Source: Macrostomum hystrix
Taxonomy: Eukaryota > Animalia > Platyhelminthes
Assembly: GCA_950097015.1 (NCBI GenBank)
Contig: CATNEN010000039.1
Location: 17,546,001 to 17,610,000, forward strand
Direction of reading: 5' to 3'
DNA length: 64,000 nucleotides
In this document: positions 23,006-34,310 of the stretch, one piece after another
Position numbering within the stretch: the stretch's first letter is position 1
Layout: every line of letters starts with the position of its first letter
The notes under the pieces: model-generated
Seen by the model: only the letters and a program-made list of their open reading frames with translations
What the model was told of the DNA's origin: nothing
Databases searched by the model: none
Program-made: the position numbers and the translations under genes

Positions 23006-24834
23006 TCAAACCAGTTCCATGACTTCAGCTTCGTTTAGCATTTTCGCGAAAATTCCCAGTACCGCAATTCGACCATGTAGCATTTTGGTTGGCGGACTGT
23101 CATAGTTAAAGCCCAGGTAGAGACAGCCCAGCTGTACTGGGTCCGCCCCGTAGCTGCTGCTGGCCGTGTAGAAGGTGCCGTTCAGCTTCACTCCGTTCAC
23201 TATTATGTAGCCGGCGGTTGGGCTCAGGGCAATGGCCACTTGGATTTTAGCGCCACTTGAGTAGTTGTAGCTTGAGCCCTGGTTGGCGGACTTCACCACT
23301 TGCCACTGACCAGTGAGGCTGTTCACATACCAGCCCTCATTGCGCAGAGACTGTTCGTTGATGGCTCCGTTGTAGTTGACGTAGTCGGAGCAGTCAGCAA
23401 ACAGGGCTAGTTCAGAACGAGGCTTCGGGCTGCCACGGCTGTACCCCAACAGAAAAGTGAACGCTGTGCTGGCCCTACAAAGTAAAAAATAGTTAGTGAA
23501 AATCTACAGCGCAAACGGGCTAATGAGTACTTGATCACGAAAACTAAGCATATGTTAAATGAATAGCATCTGCTAGTTAAAACTTGCATGGTCCCTTTAC
23601 AATTCGTTCAGCTAACAATATTTTAGAGCTTAAAATACTCTGCACATCAAAGCTATCACGACATATTATAAAACGAGTATGATCTCGCCTGACGAGCGAG
23701 TCGAAGCCGATGTCTGACAGCCTGAGCTTCACGAACTGCGAGGTGCTGAGCGGAACCTGGAAGCCATCTGGACCGATGTCGATGGGCGAGTTGTTGACGG
23801 CTGGCATGATGGCGGGGTTGGCCAGGTTCAGCATGCTGGAGTTGAACGTGTAGAAGGCGAGCATTGATGAGGCCCAGGTGCGCGCCTTGTGCCAGATGCT
23901 GCAGCCAGTGAAGCCTTGGAGGCGGCTGTTCAGGTAGAGGCTGAGCGATCCCTCGAAGCAGCCGGAGGCGTTGAACACGAAGAACTCGCAGGTCGGACGC
24001 CACACGCATGCCTGGGCGCAAACGTCCAGCTGGAGAGGCTGCGACCATGCGAGGTGGAGCAGAGGCGGGACATTGCCCACTGCAGTGTGAGTACACCAGC
24101 TCTCATTGGTGAACAGGAGACGCCAGTTGAGCGACACGGCGATCGGCGAGAAGTCAATCGCTGAGGAGCCTCCGGAGGCGATGGCGCTGGCGAAGTAGGC
24201 GGAGGCCGAGAGAGGTGTGCAGAGGACCGAGGACCCGCTTCCAGCGGCTCTGGCGACGGCACCGAGGGTCGCGAACTGGGAGCCGTCCGACGCGAGCTGG
24301 CCGCACCAGCGGGAGCAGAGCAGCTCGATGAGCGTTTTCGGATCAACCGTGGTGTTCACCGTCAGAAACGGAGCCCGCAGAGTTTCGTTTGTTGCACAAA
24401 GTTCTGCAATTGTAATTGTAAATTTGGTCACGGAGAATATTGATAGGTTTTCAATGAAGGCGGGGGCAATTATTCAATATTCGTGTGATTAATATGCAAA
24501 TTATTAGTCGCCTTATTTAGCTGCTCTTACCTATCGAAATAGCAGTCTTTACGATAAGTCGGCAGTCTCCGCGAACAAGGCGCAACGAGTAGTTCCGCAT
24601 CAACAGCCACTTGCTTCTCGAGACCGACTCGTCCGAGTTGCAGGCCAGACAGTCGCTGCTCAATGAGCACTCCGCTGCGCACTCGATGGCGCTATTGGCG
24701 GCTGCGACTCGAGTGAGAGGGTCCTGCGTGCCGCAGAGTCCGCGCGTCGATCTAAACTGTTGCGAGACAACAGCACTCGCCGCGGTTTGGTAAACTGGCC
24801 AGCACAGTATGAAGCAGGCGATCCAGATTTGCAT
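23006..24834 (-). CDS. Secreted PAN/apple-like + ConA/LamG-like protein, copy 2; exons 24834-24531, 24403-23689, 23474-23006
   Basis: Same architecture and intron phases as copy 1; the second intron has a GC donor (AG|GCGAGA). Confidence 0.75.
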
Positions 24835-25261
24835 TCTGGCGCTGATTGTTCGCTGAAATTTAGAAATCCACTTTTGCAATGGATTCAGAATTCAATTTTT
24901 AGAGAATTTAAGCACCAGCCGTTAATAGTTTGGGAAGGCATTCGCAGCTTACAATGGTTTTTATCGCTGTGTTTCATTCGCTGCTCCGAGCTCATTCAGG
25001 GTGGCGCGGTGTCTGCACAGCCTGGAGAATGGAACTCAGAATGGAGGCAAAAGACTTACATGTTATTTTTTATGATTATTCAGGAAAAAAATGTACAAAA
25101 AATTCGATTGGTTAAAAATTTATTTTTAATTCATCAAAAACCGTCTTCTTTGGCGCCTGAATGTAGAAATTCGCCAACCAATTAATCAAAGCAGTGGAAC
25201 CATATTGTTCCAACAATAAACTTGGCTCGAGCATCTTCTGTGTCGCAATTGTTTACTAATC

Positions 25262-25460
25262 GTAACAATAATGATGATTGCCTGAGGGCTGCGGGCAATG
25301 GCAGATATTTTGGTGACACTAGACCCGCAGCCAGCGAGTTCGCTGACTCCTGAGCACACACGCACACAAATACCGTGCACAGGCACTCGATCACACAGGT
25401 GTGACCATATGCCCTGACTTTTTTTGTTGTGCACTCTCACTTGTGTCTTATTGAGGTTCA
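25262..25460 (-). mobile_element. SINE family B, 3' part
   Basis: GAGGGCTGCGGGCAAT..TTTGGTGACACTAGACCCGCAGCCAGC..GCTGACTCCTGAGCACACACGCACACAAATACCGT matches the 21927-22272 copy. Confidence 0.8.
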
Positions 25461-25585
25461 GGCACCGTGTAATTTGAATTTATTAAACTTCGGCGTTGTA
25501 AAATTTCGAAGCTGTTGTGAAATTTCGGTTGCATGAAGTTTATATGTTTCGACGATATGAAATTTCGGGTTTGTGAAGCGCCACG

Positions 25586-27923
25586 CTCAGTTTGACTGTC
25601 ATCGCCTCAGTTTGAATATTATCCCCTCAGTTTGACTGTTATCCCCTGAGTTTGACTTCTATCCCCTCGGTCTGACTGTCATCCCCTCAGTTTGACTGTT
25701 ATCCCCTCAGTTTGACTACTATCCCCTCAGTTTGACTGTTATCCCCTCAGTTTGACTGTTATCCCCTCAGTTTGACTGTTATCCCCTCAGTTTGACTGTT
25801 ATCCCCTCAGTTTGACTGGTATCCCCTCAGTTTGACTGTTATCCCCTCAGTTTGACTGTTGTCCCCTCAGTTTGACTGCTGTGCCCTCAGTTTGACTGTT
25901 ATCCCCTCAGTTTGACTGTTATCCCCTCAGTTTGACTGGTATCCCCTCAGTTTGACTGTTATCCCCTCAGTTTGACTGTTGTCCCCTCAGTTTGACTGCT
26001 GTGCCCTCAGTTTGACTGTTATCCCCTCAGTTTGACTGTCATCCCCTCAGTTTGACTGTTATCCCCTCAGTTTGACTGTTATCCCCTCAGTTTGACTACT
26101 ATCCCCTCAGTTTGACTACTATCCCCTCAGTTTGACTTCTATCCCCTCAGTTTGACTGTTATCCCCTCAGTTTGATGGTCACCCCCTCAGTTTAACTGTT
26201 ATTGCCTCAGTTTGACTGTTATCCCCTCAGTTTGACTGGTATCCTTTCAGTTTGACTGTTATCCCCTCAGTTTGACTGTTATCCCCTCAGTTTGACTGTT
26301 ATCCCCTCAGTTTGACTGTCATACCCTCAGTTTGACTGGTATCCCTCAGTTCGACTGTTATCCCCTCAGTTTGACTGTTATCCCCTCAGTTTGACTGTCA
26401 TCCCCTCAGTTTAACTGTTATCCCCTCAGTTTGACTGTTTTCCCTTCAGTTTGACTGTTATCCCCTCAGTTTGACTGTCATCCCCTCAGTTTGACTGTTA
26501 TCCCCTCAGTTTGACTGTTATCCCCTCAGTTTGACTGTCATACCCTCAGTTTGACTGGTATCCCTCAGTTCGACTGTTATCCCCTCAGTTTGACTGTTAT
26601 CCCCTCAGTTTGACTGTCATCCCCTCAGTTTAACTGTTATCCCCTCAGTTTGACTGTTTTCCCTTCAGTTTGACTGTTATCCCCTCAGTTTGACTGTCAT
26701 CCCCTCAGTTTGACTGTTATCCCCTCAGTTTGACTGTTATCCCCTCAGTTTGACTGTCATCCCCTCAGTTTGACTGTTATCCCCTCAGTTTGACTGTTAT
26801 CCCCTCAGTTTAACTGTTGTCCCCTCAGTTTGACTGCTGTGCCCTCAGTTTGACTGTTATCCCCTCAGTTTGACTGTTATCCCCTCAGTTTGACTGGTAT
26901 CCCCTCAGTTTGACTGTTATCCCCTCAGTTTGACTGTTGTCCCCTCAGTTTGACTGCTGTGCCCTCAGTTTGACTGTTATCCCCTCAGTTTGACTGTCAT
27001 CCCCTCAGTTTGACTGTTATCCCCTCAGTTTGACTGTTATCCCCTCAGTTTGACTGTCATCCCCTCAGTTTGACTTCTATCCCCTCAGTTTGACTGTTAT
27101 CCCCTCAGTTTGATGGTCACCCCCTCAGTTTAACTGTTATTGCCTCAGTTTGACTGTTATCCCCTCAGTTTGACTGGTATCCTTTCAGTTTGACTGTTAT
27201 CCCCTCAGTTTGACTGTTATCCCCTCAGTTTGACTGTTATCCCCTCAGTTTGACTGTCATACCCTCAGTTTGACTGGTATCCCTCAGTTCGACTGTTATC
27301 CCCTCAGTTTGACTGTTATCCCCTCAGTTTGACTGTCATCCCCTCAGTTTAACTGTTATCCCCTCAGTTTGACTGTTTTCCCTTCAGTTTGACTGTTATC
27401 CCCTCAGTTTGACTGTCATCCCCTCAGTTTGACTGTTATCCCCTCAGTTTGACTGTTATCCCCTCAGTTTGACTGTCATCCCCTCAGTTTGACTGTTATC
27501 CCCTCAGTTTGACTGTTATCCCCTCAGTTTAACTGTTATTCCCTCAGTTTGACTGTTATCCCCTCAGTTTGACTGTTTTCCCTTCAGTTTGACTGTTATC
27601 CCCTCAGTTTGACTGTCATCCCCTCAGTTTGACTGTTATCCCCTCAGTTTGACTGTTATCCCCTCAGTTTGACTGTCATCCCCTCAGTTTGACTGGTATC
27701 CCCTCAGTTTGACTGTTATCCCCTCAGTTTGACTGTCATCCCCTCAGTTTAACTGTTATCCCCTCAGTTTGACTGTTATCCCCTCAGTTTGACTGTTATC
27801 CCCTCAGTTTATCTGTTATCCCCTCAGTTTGACTGTTATCCCCTCAGTTTGACTGGTATCCCTCAGTTCGACTGTCATCCCCTCAGTTTAACTGTTATCC
27901 CCTCAGTTTGAATGATATCCCCT
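25586..27923. repeat. Satellite/minisatellite array, 20-bp unit ATCCCCTCAGTTTGACTGTT, ~115 copies
   Basis: Directly visible, with recurring variant units. Confidence 0.98.
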
Positions 27924-28729
27924 AATAACTTTTAGAGGACATCTTTGGTTACAGACTGATACACTTGCCATCCGATTTCAACTCTGTGAGCACTTTGCTT
28001 CCATCAGTTCAGGCACAGAAAAGGTTAGGTAGCTTCAGCCGATAGCCTATAATCTAGATTCAACACAATTTGTGAAAGCAGCCGAAAAGAAAAAAACTAG
28101 TGATTCACAAATTTTTGTATTGTCGTTGCCAAAGGCTTCCTTCGCATTGTGTGAGCTGTTTGTCCAGAGGTCAGGACCTACATGCATTTTGTGTGCGCCG
28201 TATTGACTTGCTCTGCTTATGTCAATAGTTTAGGCCATCACTTCCTAGCGCTTAATGCGGAAACCATTGAACGTAGAAAGACCACAAACGTTCTACGTTA
28301 TTGTTGATTAATTATTATATCGTTGAATCAATCCAGATTTGCTATAGAGGTTTTTACAGTGCAATGTTATCTCCAGGGTATTCGACAAGAACCGCTGAAT
28401 ATCTCGACGGTGCTGACGTCGGACGGCTTTGAAAGTTAGTCCATCATAAAAAGGACGAAAATTGTTTAATCCAAATGATGGACTTTTACGAAAATCGGTC
28501 ATTCGGTTTGGGAGCTACAGTAAAGAAGGCAGGGTGTTTGAAATACCCCATGGTCTTTCCCTGTGGGCAAAATAGCTGATCTTTCTACTGTTTAGGGAGG
28601 CCCGGTTACATTTAAGTGTCGACCAAACTACTAAAAGCTTTTCGTTTATCAATTCTGTCTGTTAATTTAACTCATCAATTTAATGAGTGCTTAGACCTTG
28701 CAGCCAGACAGAAGCAATTCTGCCCATTT

Positions 28730-28950
28730 CACTGACTCCTGTTACACTCGCACACAGATACTGTACACAGGCGCACATACAGGTGTGTACCTGACCTAAT
28801 TGTCCGGCAGTGAATGCACTCTCACTTCATGTGCATCGGATGGTTGGCCCTGACGGACTTAAACTGCATGATAAGTCCCCAAAGCTTCGTCACTGCGGAT
28901 GTAACCGAAATTAAACGTGGCCTCGCCGATGATTCGAGCTCAGGTCCATA
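28730..28950 (-). mobile_element. Degenerate SINE family B copy
   Basis: CTGACTCCTG..ACAGGTGTGTAC..GTGGCCTCGCCGATGATTCGAGCTCAG similar to the other B copies. Confidence 0.65.
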
Positions 28951-30660
28951 GTGTGGAGTCAAAGGTGTTAATCTATGTGTTCTATTCACCACCCTTTCAT
29001 TATTTAATTACGGCCTTCAGGGCAGGCCTGCCTCGTGGACTGTCATTGTAGTAACTAAGTTATAGAAACTGTCATTCATTTGTCCCGAGACAGAGCAGAA
29101 CAAATTAACGAGCTAGCGACCATAAAATTACAGTTTTCTTCTCCAAAACTTCTTTCAAGCGCAGCTCACAACATAAAACAGGCACACACACAAGCTTTAG
29201 TTTTAATATAGAGAATTTATTCAATTTCCTTTTGAAACAAAACTTAAATAAAGTCGGTTGGACAAAGTGGAAACTGTCTTTGTACTCTCCAAGGGTCTGT
29301 CAGGAAGTTGTCTCGATGCATTTATGATTCCATGGTTTCAACTGAAGCTAATTAAAACCTTAGTAAATGTGACTGAAAATGACAAAATAAATGAAATGAG
29401 AAAATCAAATTCTCTTGATAATTTGATAGAGTACTTTTATTTATGGTTTTATGTATATGATAGTGGCTGCTTAATTGGCATTCTGTGGTTAGAAAGTCTG
29501 AGGCTGCGTTTAATGGTCCGAGGCGAGCGAAGCGAGCCGAGTACTATTGAGCGTGGCCGAGGACTTTTTAATCATAGACTGCAAATTGAGCAGCCACTAT
29601 TTTATATGAAATTCGATTTGGTTTGGCGCCCATTATATGGTTTAATGGGCCCCGTTTTCGGGACCATTATATGGCACACTGGTTCAAGACTTCGCATTTC
29701 CAACCATAGACGATAGATTCGTGGCTCAGAATGCGCCCATTAAACGTCCATTAACGACGAAATCGGATTTTATATGCTCTTTCGGACTATCTCATAGCTG
29801 TTTTGTAAAGTTATATAAATTGTCTATGGTGGTGGTCGCTCTCCAGTGGCTTCATGGCGTGTCGTTTTACGAGATATGATATTTGTTCACTTTGAAGTCT
29901 AATTTCAGATGAGTGCGTTCGTTTAAAATTCAAACAATGTTATATATTTAAACAAAAAAATCAGAACTAATTAACTGGAACTGCAAAGACCACGGAAGTA
30001 TCATTTTAAGTTTTTAGTCCATCGTTGCTAAGCTGTTATATTGTTAGGCTTCCTTGCACTGAGGAAGGAATTAGTTCCCATCCAACTAGAATAGGTTCGT
30101 TTATTAAGCAGTAAATAATTCCTAATTATCGCAAGATTTTGTGTTAGCATATAATCTTATGCTACTATAAGTAGGCTACCGTAGATTTAGAAAAAATGCT
30201 GCCGTGCACCCTGATCCATTGCGCTGTCACCTCAGATTGGGGGGGCCATGGTCGTGCTGCTTGGCACAATGAAATTTCCTACAGGTTATTAAAAACTGCA
30301 AATAAAAACTGAAATTTTCAGTTTAATTCGTTGCATGCTTTTTGTAGAACTGTTATAACTGCCACTTTTTTATATTAAATGTTGTTTAAAACACACACCT
30401 GATAATTAGTATTTCGGCAATCAATCAGTTAATGCGAGCGCATCATCATGCTGCGACAGCTTGAAAAAAGTAATATGTGATGCAGCACTCCTATTTTTTA
30501 GTGCCTATTTTACATTTTACACGAGCAGACGTGGCTTCACTCGCTCGAATAAATCGAAGGCTAATGTAAAATTTCAATTCCATTGTGACAGTTTTCCAGG
30601 GATGCAGTACTGCAGTTTCTCTTTAGAATTGTTTGCTCGCGAACTTAGGTACACTATAGT

Positions 30661-32451
30661 TCACACGAGCTCGGTTAGTTCTTCAACACTGAGCAGCTTC
30701 GTGAATATGCCGAGGGTTCTCAGCCTGCCATAGAGAATCCTGCTTGGCGGGTTGAAGTTCTGCTGCCCAAGGTAGAGGCAGCTGAGCTGTACTGGGTCCG
30801 ACCCGTAGGTGCTGGAGGCCGTGTAGAAGGTGCCGTTCAGCTTCACTCCGTTCACTACAAAGTACCCGGCTGTTGGGCCCAGGGCCATGGCCACGTGGAT
30901 TGCAGTGCCATTTGGATAGTTAAAAGTTGATCCCTCGTTGGCGGATTTCACCACCCACCAGCGGCCAGTGAGGGTGTTCACAAACCAGCCCTCATTGCGC
31001 AGAGACTGTTCGTTGATGGCTCCGTTGTAGTTGTCCACATTGGAGCATTCCGAAAATAGCGCAAACTCGCTGCGAGCTTTCACATTGCCTCGACTGAGGG
31101 ACAGCACGAATGTAAATGGCGTGTCAGCCCTGAAATATATCAAGTTTCTGTAGTCAGTAGTAGTATTATTATTCAGTAGTAATACTTGTCAAAGTATGGC
31201 AGCCTTAAAATATTTAAACAATTAATAAGAAAATTTATTTCTGTTGAACTTACCTGACGAGCGAGTCGAAACCAATGTGCGACAGGTTGAGCCTCACGAA
31301 CTGCGAGGTGCTGAGCGGAACCTGGAAGCCGTCTGGACCGATGTCGATGGGCGAGTTGTTGACGGCTGGCATGATGGCGGGGTTGGCCAGGTTCAGCATG
31401 CTGGAGTTGAACGTGTAGAAGGCGAGCATTGATGAGGCCCAGGTGCGCGCCTTGTGCCAGATGCTGCAGCCAGTGACGCCTTGGAGGCGGCTGTTCAGGT
31501 AGAGGCTGAGCGATCCCTCGAAGCAGCCGGAGGCGTTGAACACGAAGAACTCACAGGTCGGACGCCACACGCAGGCCTGGGCGCAAACGTCCAGCTGGAG
31601 AGGCTGCGACCATGCGAGGTGGAGCAGAGGCGGGACATTGCCCACTGCAGTGTGAGTACACCAGCTCTCATTGGTGAACAGGAGACGCCAGTTGAGCGAC
31701 ACGGCGATCGGCGAGAAGTCAATCGCTGAGGAGCCTCCGGAGGCGATGGCGCTGGCGAAGTAGGCGGAGGCCGAGAGAGGTGTGCAGAGGACCGAGGACC
31801 CGCTTCCAGCGGCTTTGGCGACGGCACCGAGGGTCGCGAACTGGGAGCCGTCCGACGCGAGCTGGCCGCACCAGCGGGAGCAGAGCAGCTCGATGAGCGT
31901 TTTCGGATCAACCGTGGTGTTCACCGTCAGAAACGGAGCCCACAGAGTTTCGCAAAGTTCTGCAAATCAAGCCGTTGTGGTCGCACAAAATTTGTTGTCT
32001 AATAGACATTTGACTATTAGATTTTCGTTCATTAGAAAGCTTTTAAAACTGTGCGCAAGAGAATCTTTTGAAAAAATTGAAGCTCGTGAACTCCCTGATA
32101 GGTTTTGCAGTTACCGTATTGCATTTGCGTACCATTTGCAACTTCTATCTTCGTGATGATCCTGCAGCCTCCGAAAGCAAGGCGCAATGAGTGGTTGCTC
32201 AGCAGCATCCACTTGTCGCTCGCAGGAGAGTCCGTTGAGCTGCAGGCCAGACAGTCGCGGCTCAATGAGCACTCGGCTGCGCACTCGACGGCAGTATTGG
32301 CGACTGCGACTCTGTTGAGAGAGTCGTCCGTGCTGCATAGTCCGCTTGTGATCCAGAACTTCCATAGGGCCTCACTAAATGAAGCAGTGGCTTCGCGCTG
32401 TGCCCATGGGCTCAACGTAAGAAGCAAAACTAGCAGCTGCCCCTGTTTCAT
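30661..32451 (-). CDS. Secreted PAN/apple-like + ConA/LamG-like protein, copy 3; exons 32451-32133, 31959-31254, 31129-30661
   Basis: Signal peptide MKQGQLLVLLLTLSPWA; canonical GT-AG introns with the same phases as copies 1 and 2. Confidence 0.8.
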
Positions 32452-33229
32452 GTCAATCGTGATTCGCAACAGTTCTGTGTATTTTCGATCACTGACTGTC
32501 CGTATTTAAAAATGGCGGCTTTCACGGAGTCATAATGCCAAGGGTGAAGAATTTATGTCTAATTTATAAAATAATCAAGCAAAACAACTGTCGGAGATTC
32601 AGCAGAAAATAGGTTAGCATAGCTATTGCTGCAGCTTTTTACATAATTTAAGCTGAATTCGTGTCTGCAGTCACTTTGGAAATTAAATTTGTCGTAAAAA
32701 ATCTCAGTTTTCAACAAAAAAACCATCTGGAAAATTACAGCCCTATACAGTTTCGATTGCAAGGCTTGGCTGAATGGCATTTTGTCATATTCTTCCTTGG
32801 TCCTGCGTCTTGTGTGTTTTTAAAATCAAGATTCGTTTTACACACGCTAAAGTACAATTCAAAGTCTCTAATCTCGCGTGATTTTTTTACTCTAGATCGT
32901 AAGTTCTGTGTACGTTATGGTCAACGCAAGTGTTTTGCATACATATATTTACAATGTTTTCCATTATAACTTGGATTATAATTTTGGGTTGTGCTGTCCG
33001 GTAGGTGGCTGGTGTATGACAGCCCTGCCCAGCAGGTTCTGCCTTTCACAATCCTAATTTCACCTTGGTCCCTAGCTAGAATCTTGCATGGAATCTCAGT
33101 CACAATCCAAAGCTACCATATGTACATCAGAGTTGCTAAAAAAACTCTAAAAAACCCGGCCCCTGCCACTACGGTTCCGCCGGGTGGCGACGGGGACCGT
33201 GAGACTCACCAACACCGGGTGCCAGCTGC

Positions 33230-33935
33230 GACAAATCGTGCACTAAAGCTAGCTACGTTTAACTTCCGAACTCATCAACCTGGCGCGCGCAGGGGCATGC
33301 TCGCGCAGCTGGCCACTGACTTGCAGCTGGATCTAGTGATGCTGCAAGAGGTATCAACTTCTGAGCCAGGCCTTCATCGTGAGGATCTGGGGGCTGGCTG
33401 GACGCTGTACTTTACGTCAGCGGACAGCAGAGGTCGCGGCGGAGCTAGAGCGCTTGTCGGACCACGGCTGCGCGAGAGCGTCTGCTGCGTTAGCCTAGCT
33501 CTCTGCCCGGCTATTGCGTGCGTCGTGGACTTGAGACTGCAGTGTCGTCGCAGTGCGCGGCTTTCCTGCGTGTACGCTCCCACCGCAGCAATCAGCAAGA
33601 GGCACAGGATTTTTTCGACTTCCTAGCTGTCGTAGCAGCTTGAGACTTGCGCAGCGTGATACCTGGTAGTGCTGGGCCACCTCAACGCCGTTGTACCTCA
33701 GTCGCAGCGCTCCCGTTTTGTGTCGCCACGCCAGAACGCCAACACCGCTGCGCTAGTCGACCTGATGGCGTGGTTCGACCTGGTGTAGGCCAACACGCGC
33801 GCTTCTGCAAGCCATCGGCTGCAATCGGTCTGCAATCGGCTGGCGACCTACACGTACGCTGGGTGCAAGTTAAGCGTAGGAGACGGAAAGCGCATGGTCG
33901 TTTTGCGACGAACCGCTTTTCGCAACTCGATTAGC
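33230..33935 (+). mobile_element. Degenerate LINE apurinic endonuclease fragment (frameshifted)
   Basis: LKLATFNFRT .. DLVMLQEV .. RGGARALV .. CVYAPTA, and in a shifted frame VLGHLNA (GDFNA-like). Confidence 0.75.
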
Positions 33936-34310
33936 TTGTCTACTGAGATATAAATAAACTGAAACTCAAAGATTGAAGAAGCTGTCTCTGAAGAATTCGT
34001 TTTCGGTTTTGATTATATGAGATTGATAATCTTTTATTTAGTTTCTTGAAGTATTTTTATATTATAACTCTTTGCCTACTCTCAACTTGTATGAATCTCG
34101 GCCCAAGCCGAACGTATATATACTTGGCTGGAGTTGCATAGCATGAGTGTGCTGGTTTGGAAAAACGCTTATAACGCTTATTTAATTTCAACTGTAGTTA
34201 TTTCTTCGAAACGATATATCAACGTGGCAATTTCCCGAACTTAATGAAGTTGATTACGAATTAAGCAGTGTTTTTTGTTGATTGTTTAACCACTCTTAAA
34301 TATATTTGTC

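Noticed and set aside
25586-27923. CRISPR-like appearance of this and other arrays (4144-4528, 43647-44510, 53098-54630)
   Set aside because: Head-to-tail repeats with no unique spacers, no cas genes, eukaryotic context.
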